Shown: in pieces, positions 36,916-46,590 of the stretch
How positions within the stretch are numbered: the first letter of the stretch is position 1
How the letters are laid out: every line of letters begins with the position of its first letter
NCBI GenBank assembly: GCA_036521855.1
Contig: DATDGY010000085.1
Span: 87 to 64,086 of the forward strand
Source of the DNA: Candidatus Angelobacter sp.
GTDB taxonomy: Bacteria; Acidobacteriota; Terriglobia; Terriglobales; Acidobacteriaceae
Direction of reading: 5' to 3'
Length of the DNA stretch: 64,000 nt
Translations under genes and position numbers: made by a program
Notes under the pieces: model-generated
The model's input: only the letters and a program-made list of their open reading frames with translations
Told to the model about the DNA's origin: nothing
Database searches by the model: none

Positions 36916-37416
36916 TTACTTGCCGTGTTTATCGTGCCGGATGTCGCGCCGGTCATGCTTAATGTCTTTCCTGTCGGCGCGAGCGTCCTTGCGGTCGTTG
37001 TGCAGGTCTTTCTGGTCCTTGTGGATGTCGCGATTGTCAGCGTGTAGATCGTTCCTGTCGCCGGCAATATCCCTCTTGTCTTTTGCAAGATCTTTCCGGT
37101 CTTTGCCGGCATCCTTGCAATCGGCCTTGTTGCCTTCTTTGCAATCCTCGCGGTCGTCGCGCAGGTCGCGGCGGTCCTTGGCCAGGTCTTTCTGGTCCTT
37201 GTTCAGATCACGCCGGTCCTTATTGCGATCAGCGCGATCTTGATTGAGGTCTTTTTGATCTTGATGGATGTCTTTGCGGTCTTTGCTTAGGTCGTGTTTG
37301 TCTTTGTTCAGGTCGTTCTTGTCGTTCCCCAGATCGCCGTTGTTGGTTTGGGCATACATTGCGGTTCCGAGTCCCAGCACTGCCAGGGCCAGCAGATACG
37401 TCAAGTGTCGTCGCAT
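36916..37416 (-). CDS. secreted highly charged heptad-repeat protein (16 x D-x-x-D-[LI]-x-x around a C-x7-C loop)
   Basis: ORF 36916..37542. Start placed at ATG 37416 with AAAGGAGAA upstream. Signal peptide MRRHLTYLLALAVLGLGTAMYA. The mature part is almost entirely D/K/R/N/H/Q heptads. Confidence 0.7.
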   Translation of the reverse strand: MRRHLTYLLALAVLGLGTAMYAQTNNGDLGNDKNDLNKDKHDLSKDRKDIHQDQKDLNQDRADRNKDRRDLNKDQKDLAKDRRDLRDDREDCKEGNKADCKDAGKDRKDLAKDKRDIAGDRNDLHADNRDIHKDQKDLHNDRKDARADRKDIKHDRRDIRHDKHGK

Positions 37417-37619
37417 GGTTCTCCTTTCGTCCCCTCCAAGGTTGAAAGTCGCTCGCCAGGCAGTAACACTGCAGGTCTCGAATAGTTGCGCGTGGCGGGA
37501 GCGGCAGAAGGGTGACTTCCGTCGCGCCCGCACCGACACCATGAGTTTATGATTAGACCAAAGATTTCACGAGCTTGCGGTCGCTCCAAGGTTCGTCCGC
37601 TCACTCCGATTGCGACGGC

Positions 37620-38609
37620 TCAGCACGGTCCAAGTTCGTGCGGATACAACAGGAACATGGGCGGCTGATTCTTGCGCAGCGATTGGTTGACGTCAAGGGT
37701 CCAGTCTTGAGGATGGGACAGCCCGTGCGACTCCACTTGCAGCCGATAAAAGACGGTGATCATGCCGAACGTCTGTCGCGCCTTATAACGCACTTGCTCC
37801 TGCACCTTGGGATCGTTCAGGTTGTAGGCGCCTTTATCAGGGCTGGCATCGACAACGGTGAGTAGCAGTCCGCCACTGTTGGTCACCAGGGGGTAGAAAT
37901 TGGTGTCGCCGTCTTGAAGGACCATCACGCCGGTCAGCGGCGTGGAGTAGGCCAGCCCCTGAGACGTGGTTGAAGTAATGGTCGAGGTCGCAACGGTGCT
38001 CTTGGCAATGACCGGCCCGAGCGCCAAACCGAACACGCGCAGATGATGGTCGGCCACGGCCTTGGCCACGGCTTTCGGGTTGGTCTTATGGTTGCCCTCC
38101 AGGTCGGCTGCAATTACTACGATGGCATCGCCGACCTTTGGTTCGGAGAACCATCCAATTCCCTCCATCAGCGCATCGAGAACGCCCTGCTTGCTATGGG
38201 TTGAGCCGCCCTCGGCAGCCAGTGCCCGTGCGATTTCGGAAGGATCACCGCCAAACTTGGCTTCGCCGCCTGGACCTCGAGCTGTAATGAGGGCCAGCGA
38301 ATCCTCGGGACGGCTGGCGCCAACCAGCGCGTTCACTAGTTCAGTCGCCGCTTGGCGCGCGTTCGCGGAAAGCTTAGCGCCGGTATCAACAACAATAAGC
38401 ACCCGACGCGGACCGTTATCGAAAACAAGGGATTTGACGGTTGAACCCTTCGACGATAGGAAGTCTTGGGCCGACAGCCCACGGAAGGTCTCGCCGCCGG
38501 TGCTGATGACGCCGACCGGCACCTCGATGGCGCTGCAGGCCTGTTGTGCAGAGCCGATAGCAGACATGCCAGCTAACATGATGAATAAAAAAGGAATGCG
38601 CGAAGCCAT
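37620..38609 (-). CDS. secreted VWA-like domain protein (acidobacterial VWFA-related type)
   Basis: ORF 37620..38699. Start placed at ATG 38609 with GAGGAGGG upstream. Signal peptide, then a VLIVVDTGAKLS... Rossmann-like VWA pattern with a degenerate MIDAS motif. Confidence 0.65.
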   Translation of the reverse strand: MASRIPFLFIMLAGMSAIGSAQQACSAIEVPVGVISTGGETFRGLSAQDFLSSKGSTVKSLVFDNGPRRVLIVVDTGAKLSANARQAATELVNALVGASRPEDSLALITARGPGGEAKFGGDPSEIARALAAEGGSTHSKQGVLDALMEGIGWFSEPKVGDAIVVIAADLEGNHKTNPKAVAKAVADHHLRVFGLALGPVIAKSTVATSTITSTTSQGLAYSTPLTGVMVLQDGDTNFYPLVTNSGGLLLTVVDASPDKGAYNLNDPKVQEQVRYKARQTFGMITVFYRLQVESHGLSHPQDWTLDVNQSLRKNQPPMFLLYPHELGPC

Positions 38610-38717
38610 ATGAAAAGACCCTCCTCTTTGAACCATGCTCCGAGAGGATAAAAGTATATCCCAAGCTTCGACCGGCGGCCCGGTTTTAGCCATCACCACG
38701 GCGGGAGCCGGTAGATT

Positions 38718-38924
38718 TCAAACTCGGGCGCGCCGCCGGCCACCCAGCACCCGGCTGGGCAGGAAGATGATGGTTTTCAAGAGCTCCAGTACGCCGTCCA
38801 CCGCGATGCCCACGATACGGAATGGGAGAAGAATCAGCCATACCAGGGGATACAATACCAACGCCAGCAAGGCCAACGGCCAGCAAAAGAACAGCAGGAT
38901 GCACCACAGGAGAAAAGTCACCAT
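38718..38924 (-). CDS. small hydrophobic membrane protein (68 aa)
   Basis: Two clear TM helices and a C-terminal basic tail. Located between fhs and the VWA-like gene on the same strand. No obvious SD. Confidence 0.4.
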   Translation of the reverse strand: MVTFLLWCILLFFCWPLALLALVLYPLVWLILLPFRIVGIAVDGVLELLKTIIFLPSRVLGGRRRARV

Positions 38925-39080
38925 AACACTCGACTATACGCGGGCAGGCGCCGGGAAGTTCCATCCCCGATTCCGACTCTGGCGCCGGATGCGCATTCCC
39001 CGGCGTCTCCAAAGGGGGCCTTGTGGAATTGAAAATCGGTTCGACAAGAAGTCGTCGCAGGCAACTCGGCCGCCTGGTGA

Positions 39081-40694
39081 CTAAACCCCAACAATCATTC
39101 CCTGGGCGTCGATGTCGACGGTCGCCGCGCGGGAAACTTTGGGAAGGCCGGGCATCAGCATCATGTTCCCGGCGATCACCACCACGAACCCGGCGCCTGC
39201 CGAAAGCGACGCATCGGTCACGTTCAGGGTCCATCCCGAAGGCGCGCCCAGGAGCTTGGGATTGTCTGAAAACGAATACTGTGTCTTGGCGATGCAGACC
39301 GGCAGTTTGCTGAAGCACCAGTCTTTGAACTGCTGCAGCTTCCCGCGCGCTTTGTCACTGAACTGGACGCCCGCGGCTCCATAAATATTGCAGGCCACCT
39401 TGGTGATCTTGTCTTCTAGAGCGTCTTCCAGCGAGTAGATCGGCTGGACGTTCGGGCTGGGATTCTTGGCAATCGTCTCGACGACTTTTTTTGCCAGAGC
39501 TTCGGCGCCGGCGCCGCCCTTGGTGAAAGCCTCGCTCAACGCGCCGGCCGCTCCGTGCTGGGCGCAGTAGTCCGCCATGCGGCCGAGTTCGGCCTCCGTA
39601 TCCTTGGGGAAGCGATTGATGGCCACCACCACGGGAACGCCAAATCGTTGCAGGTTGCCGAGGTGCCTGGCCAGATTGGGGAAGCCGCGCTCCAAATCGC
39701 CTTCGCCCTGATTGCGCAGGCTCTGCACGGTGGTCACCAGGACAGCACACGCCGGCGGAATACCCGAAGACCGCATGACGATATCAAAATACTTTTCCGC
39801 GCCCAGATCAGCGGCAAAGCCGGCTTCGTTGACCACGTAATCGGCGAGCCGGATTCCCATGCTTTGCGATATCACGCTGCTGGTGCCGTGGGCGATATTT
39901 CCGAAGGGACCGGTGTGCACCATGGCCGGCGTGCCCTCGGTGGTCTGGACCAAGTTGGGCAGGATAGCGTCGCTGAGCAGCGCCATCATGGCCCCGGTCG
40001 CGCCTAGATCGGCCGCACGTACCGGGGCCCCGGAACGTGAAACGCCGATCACGATGGCATCGAGACGACGCCGAAGATCTTCAAGGCTGCTGGCCAGGGC
40101 CAAAACCGCCATAACTTCCGAGGCCGCCGTGATCACGAAGCCGGTCCCACGAGTGAGCGACCCCTTTTTTTCACCGATGTCAATGCTGATGCGGCGCAGG
40201 GCCCGGTCATTCATGTCCATGGTGCGGGGCCAGGTGATCTGGTTGGCATCCAGGTCCAACTCATTGCCATGAAAAACGTGAGCATCGATCAGCGCGGCGA
40301 GCAGGTTATGCGCCGAGGTGATCGCGTGGAAATCACCATGGAAGTGGAGGTTGATCTTCTGGCTGGGCTCGATCTGCGACTTCCCGCCGCCCGCGGCGCC
40401 GCCCTTCATCCCAAACACCGGTCCCAGGGAAGGCTCGCGGGAAGTGATGATGGTCTTGCAGCCGATGCGTTCCAGCCCTTGGGTTAGCCCAATGGACGTG
40501 ACCGTTTTGCCCTCGCCTGAAGCCGTGGGCGTGGTCGCCGTCACCAGGATCAGCTTGCCCCGCGGTGAGAACGCGGGATCTGACAGGATCTCCAGTTTCA
40601 GCTTGGCGCCATAACGGCCCATGGGCTCGAAGTAGGTTTCGGGTAACTTCAGTTTTTCGGCAATAGAAGCAATAGGAAGCAAATGATGGCTCAT
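39081..40694 (-). CDS. fhs: formate--tetrahydrofolate ligase
   Basis: 537 aa. TPTASGEGKTVTSIGL P-loop region and overall FTHFS sequence. Confidence 0.95.
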   Translation of the reverse strand: MSHHLLPIASIAEKLKLPETYFEPMGRYGAKLKLEILSDPAFSPRGKLILVTATTPTASGEGKTVTSIGLTQGLERIGCKTIITSREPSLGPVFGMKGGAAGGGKSQIEPSQKINLHFHGDFHAITSAHNLLAALIDAHVFHGNELDLDANQITWPRTMDMNDRALRRISIDIGEKKGSLTRGTGFVITAASEVMAVLALASSLEDLRRRLDAIVIGVSRSGAPVRAADLGATGAMMALLSDAILPNLVQTTEGTPAMVHTGPFGNIAHGTSSVISQSMGIRLADYVVNEAGFAADLGAEKYFDIVMRSSGIPPACAVLVTTVQSLRNQGEGDLERGFPNLARHLGNLQRFGVPVVVAINRFPKDTEAELGRMADYCAQHGAAGALSEAFTKGGAGAEALAKKVVETIAKNPSPNVQPIYSLEDALEDKITKVACNIYGAAGVQFSDKARGKLQQFKDWCFSKLPVCIAKTQYSFSDNPKLLGAPSGWTLNVTDASLSAGAGFVVVIAGNMMLMPGLPKVSRAATVDIDAQGMIVGV

Positions 40695-40920
40695 AGACGC
40701 AAACCAATGAGTGTATCCTCAGAGCGCAAATTCCCGCAAGACACAAAAGGGCACATCGCTCGCAGAGACATTAGTGAACAGATTTCAGCGGGCCGTTTCG
40801 GGCTTTCCCGGCAGGGACAGGTTTGAGATGAACGAGCGATAGAAGGTCTGATCACGGTTTCCGAGGGCACAGCTGGCTTCAGACACGAACAACCTGTAGA
40901 TTGGAACGGGAGAAAGACTG

Positions 40921-42579
40921 ATGGCCACCTGTTCGTCCTGCGGCGCGGGAGTCCTCGGCACTGGACGCTTTTGCTCCACCTGTGGTGCGGCACTTGCCTC
41001 GGATGATCTCGAAACGATGGATTTTGGCTCCGCGCCGAACCGGCAGTCCCAGCCGCGGCAGCAGCGTTCCGGGTCGGGTCTTCGACCGGCGAGTTCGTCG
41101 CAGAACTTGCTGACGGAAGGACGATTTCTTCCCGGCCGCTTGCTCGCCGGCCGATATCGCATCATCGCCTTGCTGGGCAGAGGCGGTATGGGCGAGGTCT
41201 ATCGTGCCGACGATCTGACCCTTGGCCAGCCGGTCGCACTCAAGTTCTTGCCTGAAGATGCGACGAAAGATGAAACGGTCCTGGAGCGGTTTCGCAATGA
41301 GGTCCGGATCTCGCGCCGCGTTTCTCATCCCAATGTGTGCCGTGTCTACGACGTGGGTGAAGTAGACGACCATGCTTTCTTCACCATGGAGTATGTGGAT
41401 GGTGAAGATCTGGCCTCCCTGCTGCGGCGCATTGGCCGCTTGCCTGCAGATAAGGATCTGGAAGTCGCCCGGCAGCTCTGTGCCGGGTTAGCCGCTGCAC
41501 ACGCCAAAGGCGTGCTGCACCGGGATTTGAAACCGGCGAACATTATGCTCGACGGCCGCGGCCAAGTGGTAGTGACCGATTTTGGCCTGGCCGGACTGGT
41601 AGAGCAGATTCCGGGCGCTGATGTGCGCAGCGGAACCCCCGCCTACATGTCGCCCGAGCAGCTCGCGGGCAAGGAAGTCACCGTCAAAAGTGACATTTAC
41701 GCCCTGGGTCTGGTGCTCTACGAGATTTTCACCGGCAAACGCGCTTTCGATATCGAGTCGCTTTCCGAGCTTGCCCGCGCTCGCAGCGAGTCTGCGCCCA
41801 GCAAGCCATCTACGCTGGTGAAGGATCTTGATCCTGCGGTAGAACGAGTGATTTTAAGATGCCTGGAATCCGACCCGTCGCTCCGGCCTGGCTCGGTGCT
41901 GAACGTCGCCGCCGCGCTGCCAGGCGGCGATCCGCTTGCCGCTGCCCTCGCCGCCGGCGAAACACCTTCTCCGCAGATGGTCGCCGCCGCCGGCCAGGCT
42001 GCGGGACTTGCGCCGCGGAAAGCGATTGTTTGCCTGATCCTGGCCGCCGCCGGTCTTACGCTCTTTACCTATCTTGCGCTCAAGACCAGCGGCATGGGAA
42101 AGCTTGGCCTGGAGCTGTCGCCGGACATCCTGTCGCAGAAGGCCAAGGAAGTCGTTGTCCATCTTGGGTACGAGGCAAAGCCCGTGGATACTGCCGCCGC
42201 GTTTTCTTACGATTCGGATTTAGGGGCTTTCTTTGACTCTCTCGAGAAGAACGATCGCCATCCGGATTGGGACAAATGGCTCGCCGGCCGGCCGGGAGCT
42301 TTGACCTACTGGTACCGCCAGAGCCCCCAGTACCTGATGCCCACGGACTTCCACGAGTTCCTGCTGACTCCGGGAGTCGCAACCCAAAACGATCCCCCGC
42401 TCGCGCTCTCAGGGATGGTGAGCCTTGCCCTGGATACGCGAGGGCGGCTTGAGTCTCTCGAGGCGGTTCCGCCTCAAGTGACGGAAGCCGGGACGGAGTC
42501 GCGGTCCGTCGACTGGAACCAGCTCTTTGCAGCAGCTGCGCTGGACCCCGCCCAGTTCCAGACGGCGACACCGATGTGA
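40921..42579 (+). CDS. serine/threonine protein kinase (N-terminal zinc ribbon, kinase domain, TM, extracytoplasmic region); probably the 5' part of a frameshifted gene
   Basis: CSSCG...CSTCG zinc ribbon. Kinase motifs VALKFL, HRDLKPANIML, DFGLA, GTPAYMSPE. TM helix AIVCLILAAAGLTLFTYLAL. Confidence 0.85.
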   Translation: MATCSSCGAGVLGTGRFCSTCGAALASDDLETMDFGSAPNRQSQPRQQRSGSGLRPASSSQNLLTEGRFLPGRLLAGRYRIIALLGRGGMGEVYRADDLTLGQPVALKFLPEDATKDETVLERFRNEVRISRRVSHPNVCRVYDVGEVDDHAFFTMEYVDGEDLASLLRRIGRLPADKDLEVARQLCAGLAAAHAKGVLHRDLKPANIMLDGRGQVVVTDFGLAGLVEQIPGADVRSGTPAYMSPEQLAGKEVTVKSDIYALGLVLYEIFTGKRAFDIESLSELARARSESAPSKPSTLVKDLDPAVERVILRCLESDPSLRPGSVLNVAAALPGGDPLAAALAAGETPSPQMVAAAGQAAGLAPRKAIVCLILAAAGLTLFTYLALKTSGMGKLGLELSPDILSQKAKEVVVHLGYEAKPVDTAAAFSYDSDLGAFFDSLEKNDRHPDWDKWLAGRPGALTYWYRQSPQYLMPTDFHEFLLTPGVATQNDPPLALSGMVSLALDTRGRLESLEAVPPQVTEAGTESRSVDWNQLFAAAALDPAQFQTATPM

Positions 42580-43655
42580 CTTCGCTGGCGTCATCGGATG
42601 TGCGAACGGCGTGGACAGGAAAATGGCCCGGGACAGGGCAGCCTCTGCGCATTGAAGCCGCGGCCTTCCATGGCAAGCCGGTGTTTTTCTCGCTGATCGG
42701 GCCTTGGACAGTGCCCCATCGCATGCGTCCGGATCAGCCGAAACCGGGACAGCAAGCCGGCAATCTTCTCCTTCTGGCAATAGTGATCTTGGTTGCTTCC
42801 AGCGCAGCATGGCTCGCGCGCCGCAACTATATCCAGGGCCGGGGAGACCGCCGCGGCGCGTTCCGATTAGCTACCGTCGTCTTTACCATGCTGATGATCT
42901 TGTGGCTTTGCCAGGGACATCTGGTTCCGTCGTTGGACCTCTTCCTGCCTTTGGTTTTGGCGATCAGTACGGCACTTTTGTATACCGGCTTGATTTGGCT
43001 TCTCTATCTCTCCCTCGAGCCATACGTTCGCCGCCACTGGCCGCAGACCTTGATCTCTTGGAGCCGTCTCCTGATGGGGCAAGTACGGGACCCTCTGGTT
43101 GGCCGTGACCTTTTGCTAGGCGTAGTCCTGGGCGTTTTCTGGCTGCTGATCTTTCAAGTCCGGCTCTGGTTGACCATGCGCATGGGCGCGCCTCCGGGCC
43201 TTTATTCCACGGAGTACCTCTCGGGCGCTCGTCTGGCGCTCGGCTCCTGGCTCGGCAACATTCCCGGCAGCATCCAGGGAACTCTGCTTTTCTTCTTTCT
43301 GCTTTTTCTTTTGCGCGTCCTTCTTCGAGGAGAGTGGCTGGCGGGAATCGCGTTCGTGGCCATCTGGACGACTCTGAAGACTTTGGGAAGTGGGCATCCT
43401 CTGATTGACGCCACCATGTGGACGCTGCTCTACGCGGCAGCGGTGATTATGGTCTTTCGCATCGGCTTCATAGCTCTGGCCACCGCAATATACTGCGCGG
43501 ACCTTCTGTTGAACGTGCCCCTCACCCTGGATTTCTCGCTTTGGTATGCAAGCAATACTCTATTCCCGCTGCTCAGCATCGTTGCCTTGGCCGGCTGGGG
43601 TTTCTACAACGCGCTCGGCGGACAGAAATTATGGAACGCTGACGCGTTCCAGTGA
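42576..43655 (+). CDS. polytopic membrane protein; probably the 3' part of the upstream kinase gene
   Basis: GTG start overlaps the kinase stop (GTGA). About 8 TM helices. The N-terminal soluble stretch continues the extracytoplasmic region of the kinase. Confidence 0.6.
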   Translation: MTSLASSDVRTAWTGKWPGTGQPLRIEAAAFHGKPVFFSLIGPWTVPHRMRPDQPKPGQQAGNLLLLAIVILVASSAAWLARRNYIQGRGDRRGAFRLATVVFTMLMILWLCQGHLVPSLDLFLPLVLAISTALLYTGLIWLLYLSLEPYVRRHWPQTLISWSRLLMGQVRDPLVGRDLLLGVVLGVFWLLIFQVRLWLTMRMGAPPGLYSTEYLSGARLALGSWLGNIPGSIQGTLLFFFLLFLLRVLLRGEWLAGIAFVAIWTTLKTLGSGHPLIDATMWTLLYAAAVIMVFRIGFIALATAIYCADLLLNVPLTLDFSLWYASNTLFPLLSIVALAGWGFYNALGGQKLWNADAFQ

Positions 43656-43893
43656 AGGCAGACTTCCGCGGCTGACACAGTGCGGACGCGTCAAGTTTTC
43701 AGCAAACTGGGTAGTAGCGTCTAGCGATTCGCTTGCGAGTCGCGGGCCTTTTGGCAGACGTTCATCGCGCTAGCGATGAACCCTCGTATCACATGGGGTT
43801 TATTGCCAGGAAACTGATCCACTGCCGCAAACTGGTGTCCCGATTTCTCAACCAATTTTCGAAGAAGTGATACCCTATGAAAAGCCCTCTTGC

Positions 43894-43970
43894 GCGCCCG
43901 TAGCTCAGCTGGATAGAGCGATTGCCTCCGGAGCAATAGGTCGGGAGTTCGAATCTCTCCGGGCGCGCCA
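43894..43970 (+). tRNA. tRNA-Arg (anticodon CCG)
   Basis: Hand-folded cloverleaf. Acceptor GCGCCCG/CGGGCGC. D-arm GCTC-AGCTGGATA-GAGC. Anticodon arm ATTGC-CTCCGGA-GCAAT. Variable AGGTC. T-arm GGGAG-TTCGAAT-CTCTC. Encoded CCA. Confidence 0.92.
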
Positions 43971-44037
43971 GTAATTCGTTTTACGATCTGACCCGCGGAC
44001 CTGTCGGAGCTGGACGTAGCGGCGTTATACTCTGCCG

Positions 44038-45675
44038 ATGCCGTCAAGCGAGGATATCTTAGCGGCCCTTCGCCGGTATTGGGGCTACGACTCTTTCCGT
44101 CCTCTTCAGGAAAGAATTGTTACCAGTTTGCTTTCGGGCTATGACACCTGCGTGGTGATGCCCACAGGCGGCGGAAAGTCCTTGTGCTATCAGCTGCCGG
44201 CTGCTATGCGACCTGGCAAGACAGTGATTGTTGTTTCACCTCTGATTGCGCTCATGCACGACCAGGTGATGCAACTGACGCAGATGGGGATTACAGCGGG
44301 CCAGTTGAACAGCTCTCTCCCCGGCAACGAGCAGTTTAAAGTCGCGCGCCAAGCGGCGGAAGGCCAATACCGGTTGCTGTATCTTTCACCTGAGCGCCTT
44401 GCGCGGCCAGATACGATCGTGTGGCTCAAGCGCGTGCCGATTTCGCTGTTTGCCATCGATGAGGCGCACTGCATTTCAGAATGGGGGCACGAGTTCCGGC
44501 CGGATTACCGCCAGCTTAGCTCCTTGCGCGAGCATTTTCCCGATCTTGCCCTGGCCGCGTTTACCGCCAGCGCCACGCGCAGGGTGCGGCATGACATCAT
44601 TGACCAACTTCGTTTGCGCAATCCGCACAAATACATTGCCAGCTTTCATCGCTCCAATCTTCGGTATGTGGTGAAGGAGTGCGATTCGGAAACGCAATCT
44701 ACCCTTTTGGTCAAGGCACTGCACCGTTATGCGGGGAGCAACGTAATTGTTTACGCACCCACCATCAATCAGGTGGAGCAGACGGTTCGCTTCCTGGAGG
44801 CACAGGGAATTCCAGCGGTCGCCTATCACGGGAAGATGGAGGCCGCAGCACGCAAGCGCAACCAGGAATGCTGGATGTCGGACGAGGTGCGGGTGCTGGT
44901 GGGCACGATCGCTTTCGGGCTTGGAATTAACAAGGCCTGCGTCCGGGCTGTGATCCATCTAGCGCTTCCGAAATCGCTGGAACAGTACTACCAGGAGGCC
45001 GGCCGGGCGGGACGCGATGGACAACCTTCCGATTGCGTTCTGTTGTGGCAGAAACGAGATGTTGGCCTGCTGGCGTATTTCATTGATCAGACCGCAGATC
45101 CGGCGGAGAAGCGGCGCGGCTGGCAGCACTATCGCGATATATGCGGTTACGCTCAATCACGGGTGTGCCGCCATCGCCAGATTTGCCTGCATTTTGGCGA
45201 ATCCCCTAAGTGGCGGTCCTGCGGAGCGTGTGACGTATGCGCCTCCGCGCCTGAGTGGCTTACGTCGATCGGCGCGATTGCAGGACGCTCGGAGCCACTG
45301 AGCGCCTTTCCTCCTGTCGCCCGACGGCGAACTTTGCCGCCGTCGGCGGAACCTGTGGTTCCCGAAGGAAGTAATGAATTGCGCGAATACCTCCGCATGT
45401 GGCGACGTGGCGTCGCCAAGAAGCAAGGCATTCCCGCTTTCACCGTGATGCACGATACGTCCTTGGACGATCTCTGCCATGTGATGCCGGAATCGATCGC
45501 CGCGCTCCGCCAGGTTTATGGCTTCGGAGAACGCAAGACTGAAACTTATGGGCGCGAGATTCTGGCTGCGATCAGCCGTTTCCGCCAGCGCGTCCGACCC
45601 GCTCAGACGACCGTGAAAGAACTGCCGCCCCGGGAGAAGACGCTGATCTCACAAAAAGGTTCTGAAGAGGTTTGA
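44038..45675 (+). CDS. recQ: ATP-dependent DNA helicase RecQ
   Basis: 545 aa. FRPLQ motif 0, PTGGGKS, DEAH box (FAIDEAHCISEWGHEFRPDY), RecQ-Ct zinc-binding Cys cluster, C-terminal HRDC-like segment. Confidence 0.9.
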   Translation: MPSSEDILAALRRYWGYDSFRPLQERIVTSLLSGYDTCVVMPTGGGKSLCYQLPAAMRPGKTVIVVSPLIALMHDQVMQLTQMGITAGQLNSSLPGNEQFKVARQAAEGQYRLLYLSPERLARPDTIVWLKRVPISLFAIDEAHCISEWGHEFRPDYRQLSSLREHFPDLALAAFTASATRRVRHDIIDQLRLRNPHKYIASFHRSNLRYVVKECDSETQSTLLVKALHRYAGSNVIVYAPTINQVEQTVRFLEAQGIPAVAYHGKMEAAARKRNQECWMSDEVRVLVGTIAFGLGINKACVRAVIHLALPKSLEQYYQEAGRAGRDGQPSDCVLLWQKRDVGLLAYFIDQTADPAEKRRGWQHYRDICGYAQSRVCRHRQICLHFGESPKWRSCGACDVCASAPEWLTSIGAIAGRSEPLSAFPPVARRRTLPPSAEPVVPEGSNELREYLRMWRRGVAKKQGIPAFTVMHDTSLDDLCHVMPESIAALRQVYGFGERKTETYGREILAAISRFRQRVRPAQTTVKELPPREKTLISQKGSEEV

Positions 45676-45827
45676 GCTTGGAAATTGCCAGAGTTCTGAA
45701 ATCGTTCCTGGATCTCTTGCGCAAAGTCTGGGTGAACCCGGACCTCGTCTGGGGCTGCGGCCCTTATCGTAGCTGCCAGCGCCGCAAGCCTGTTGTGAGC
45801 GATTGCCTTTTCCCCGGCACACGTTTT

Positions 45828-46535
45828 TTATCCCTTGTTCGCCATCAGCAGCAACGCGCCAATACGCTTGAAGTCGCGCAGCTCTTCGGCATTCCTGAAC
45901 CACTTCCCCGAATATTGTCCCGGCGTGGGACTGCGGTCGGGGATGCGGCGTGCCTCTACGCCGTGAAAGCCGTGCTCGCTCAGCAAGACAATATATTCTG
46001 ACTCGGACAACGCCTGCACCGGGACCTTCAACTCTTGCATCCAGCGCAACGAATAGTGATTGTCTTTGTAGAGATTGATGAGGATGAATAACTTGCCTCC
46101 GGGTGCCAGCACGCGGCGCAGTTCGTCCAACGCCTTACCCTGGTCGGCGTAGTAGTAAAACGACTCCACCGAGAGGACTTTGCTGAAGCAGGCGTCCGTC
46201 GCGGGAATGTTCTCGGCTGATCCCCATAGGTAACGCACGTTCCTGACGTCCGCCGAAGCCTGTTCGGCTCGGCGAAGCATTTCGTCCGCGACGTCCAGGC
46301 CGACAACTTCGCCTGCTGTAACGATTCTCGCCATGCGACGCGAGGCCCAGCCGGTCCCGCAGCCCAGGTCGAGCACGCGGTCAGCCGGCTGCAGATCCAT
46401 CAGGGCAAGCGTCTGGTTGGTGATGTCGGAGTGGTGGTCCTCCATCTCGCCGCCGCGCCCGGCAGCCGCCCATTGGTTGAATTCTTGTTGAAGCTTTTGA
46501 TCGGCATCGGGGGGGGCGTCAGCTCTGGGGATCAT
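45828..46535 (-). CDS. class I SAM-dependent methyltransferase
   Basis: 235 aa. Motif I VLDLGCGTG. Methyltransf_11-like. Confidence 0.8.
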   Translation of the reverse strand: MIPRADAPPDADQKLQQEFNQWAAAGRGGEMEDHHSDITNQTLALMDLQPADRVLDLGCGTGWASRRMARIVTAGEVVGLDVADEMLRRAEQASADVRNVRYLWGSAENIPATDACFSKVLSVESFYYYADQGKALDELRRVLAPGGKLFILINLYKDNHYSLRWMQELKVPVQALSESEYIVLLSEHGFHGVEARRIPDRSPTPGQYSGKWFRNAEELRDFKRIGALLLMANKG

Positions 46536-46590
46536 GCGTCTATGCTACATTTTGAGGTTTGAATCTCTCAAGACCAGGGCTGCGAACTTC

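Noticed and set aside
36930-37330. Regular 21-nt periodic repeats that could be mistaken for a CRISPR array or minisatellite
   Set aside because: - The period is 21 nt with no unique spacers.
- The region is one continuous ORF encoding D-x-x-D-[LI]-x-x heptads behind a signal peptide and a good RBS.
- No cas genes are nearby.
38686-39318. 210-aa minus-strand ORF overlapping the fhs 3' end and the small TM gene
   Set aside because: - It is out of frame with the well-supported fhs.
- Its translation is Arg/Gly/Pro-rich shadow sequence.
- The 68-aa hydrophobic ORF 38718..38924 explains the region better.
43894-44037. tRNA-Arg as a possible integration site of a genomic island
   Set aside because: - No integrase, no direct repeat of the tRNA 3' end, and no compositional shift downstream.
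- The next gene is housekeeping recQ.
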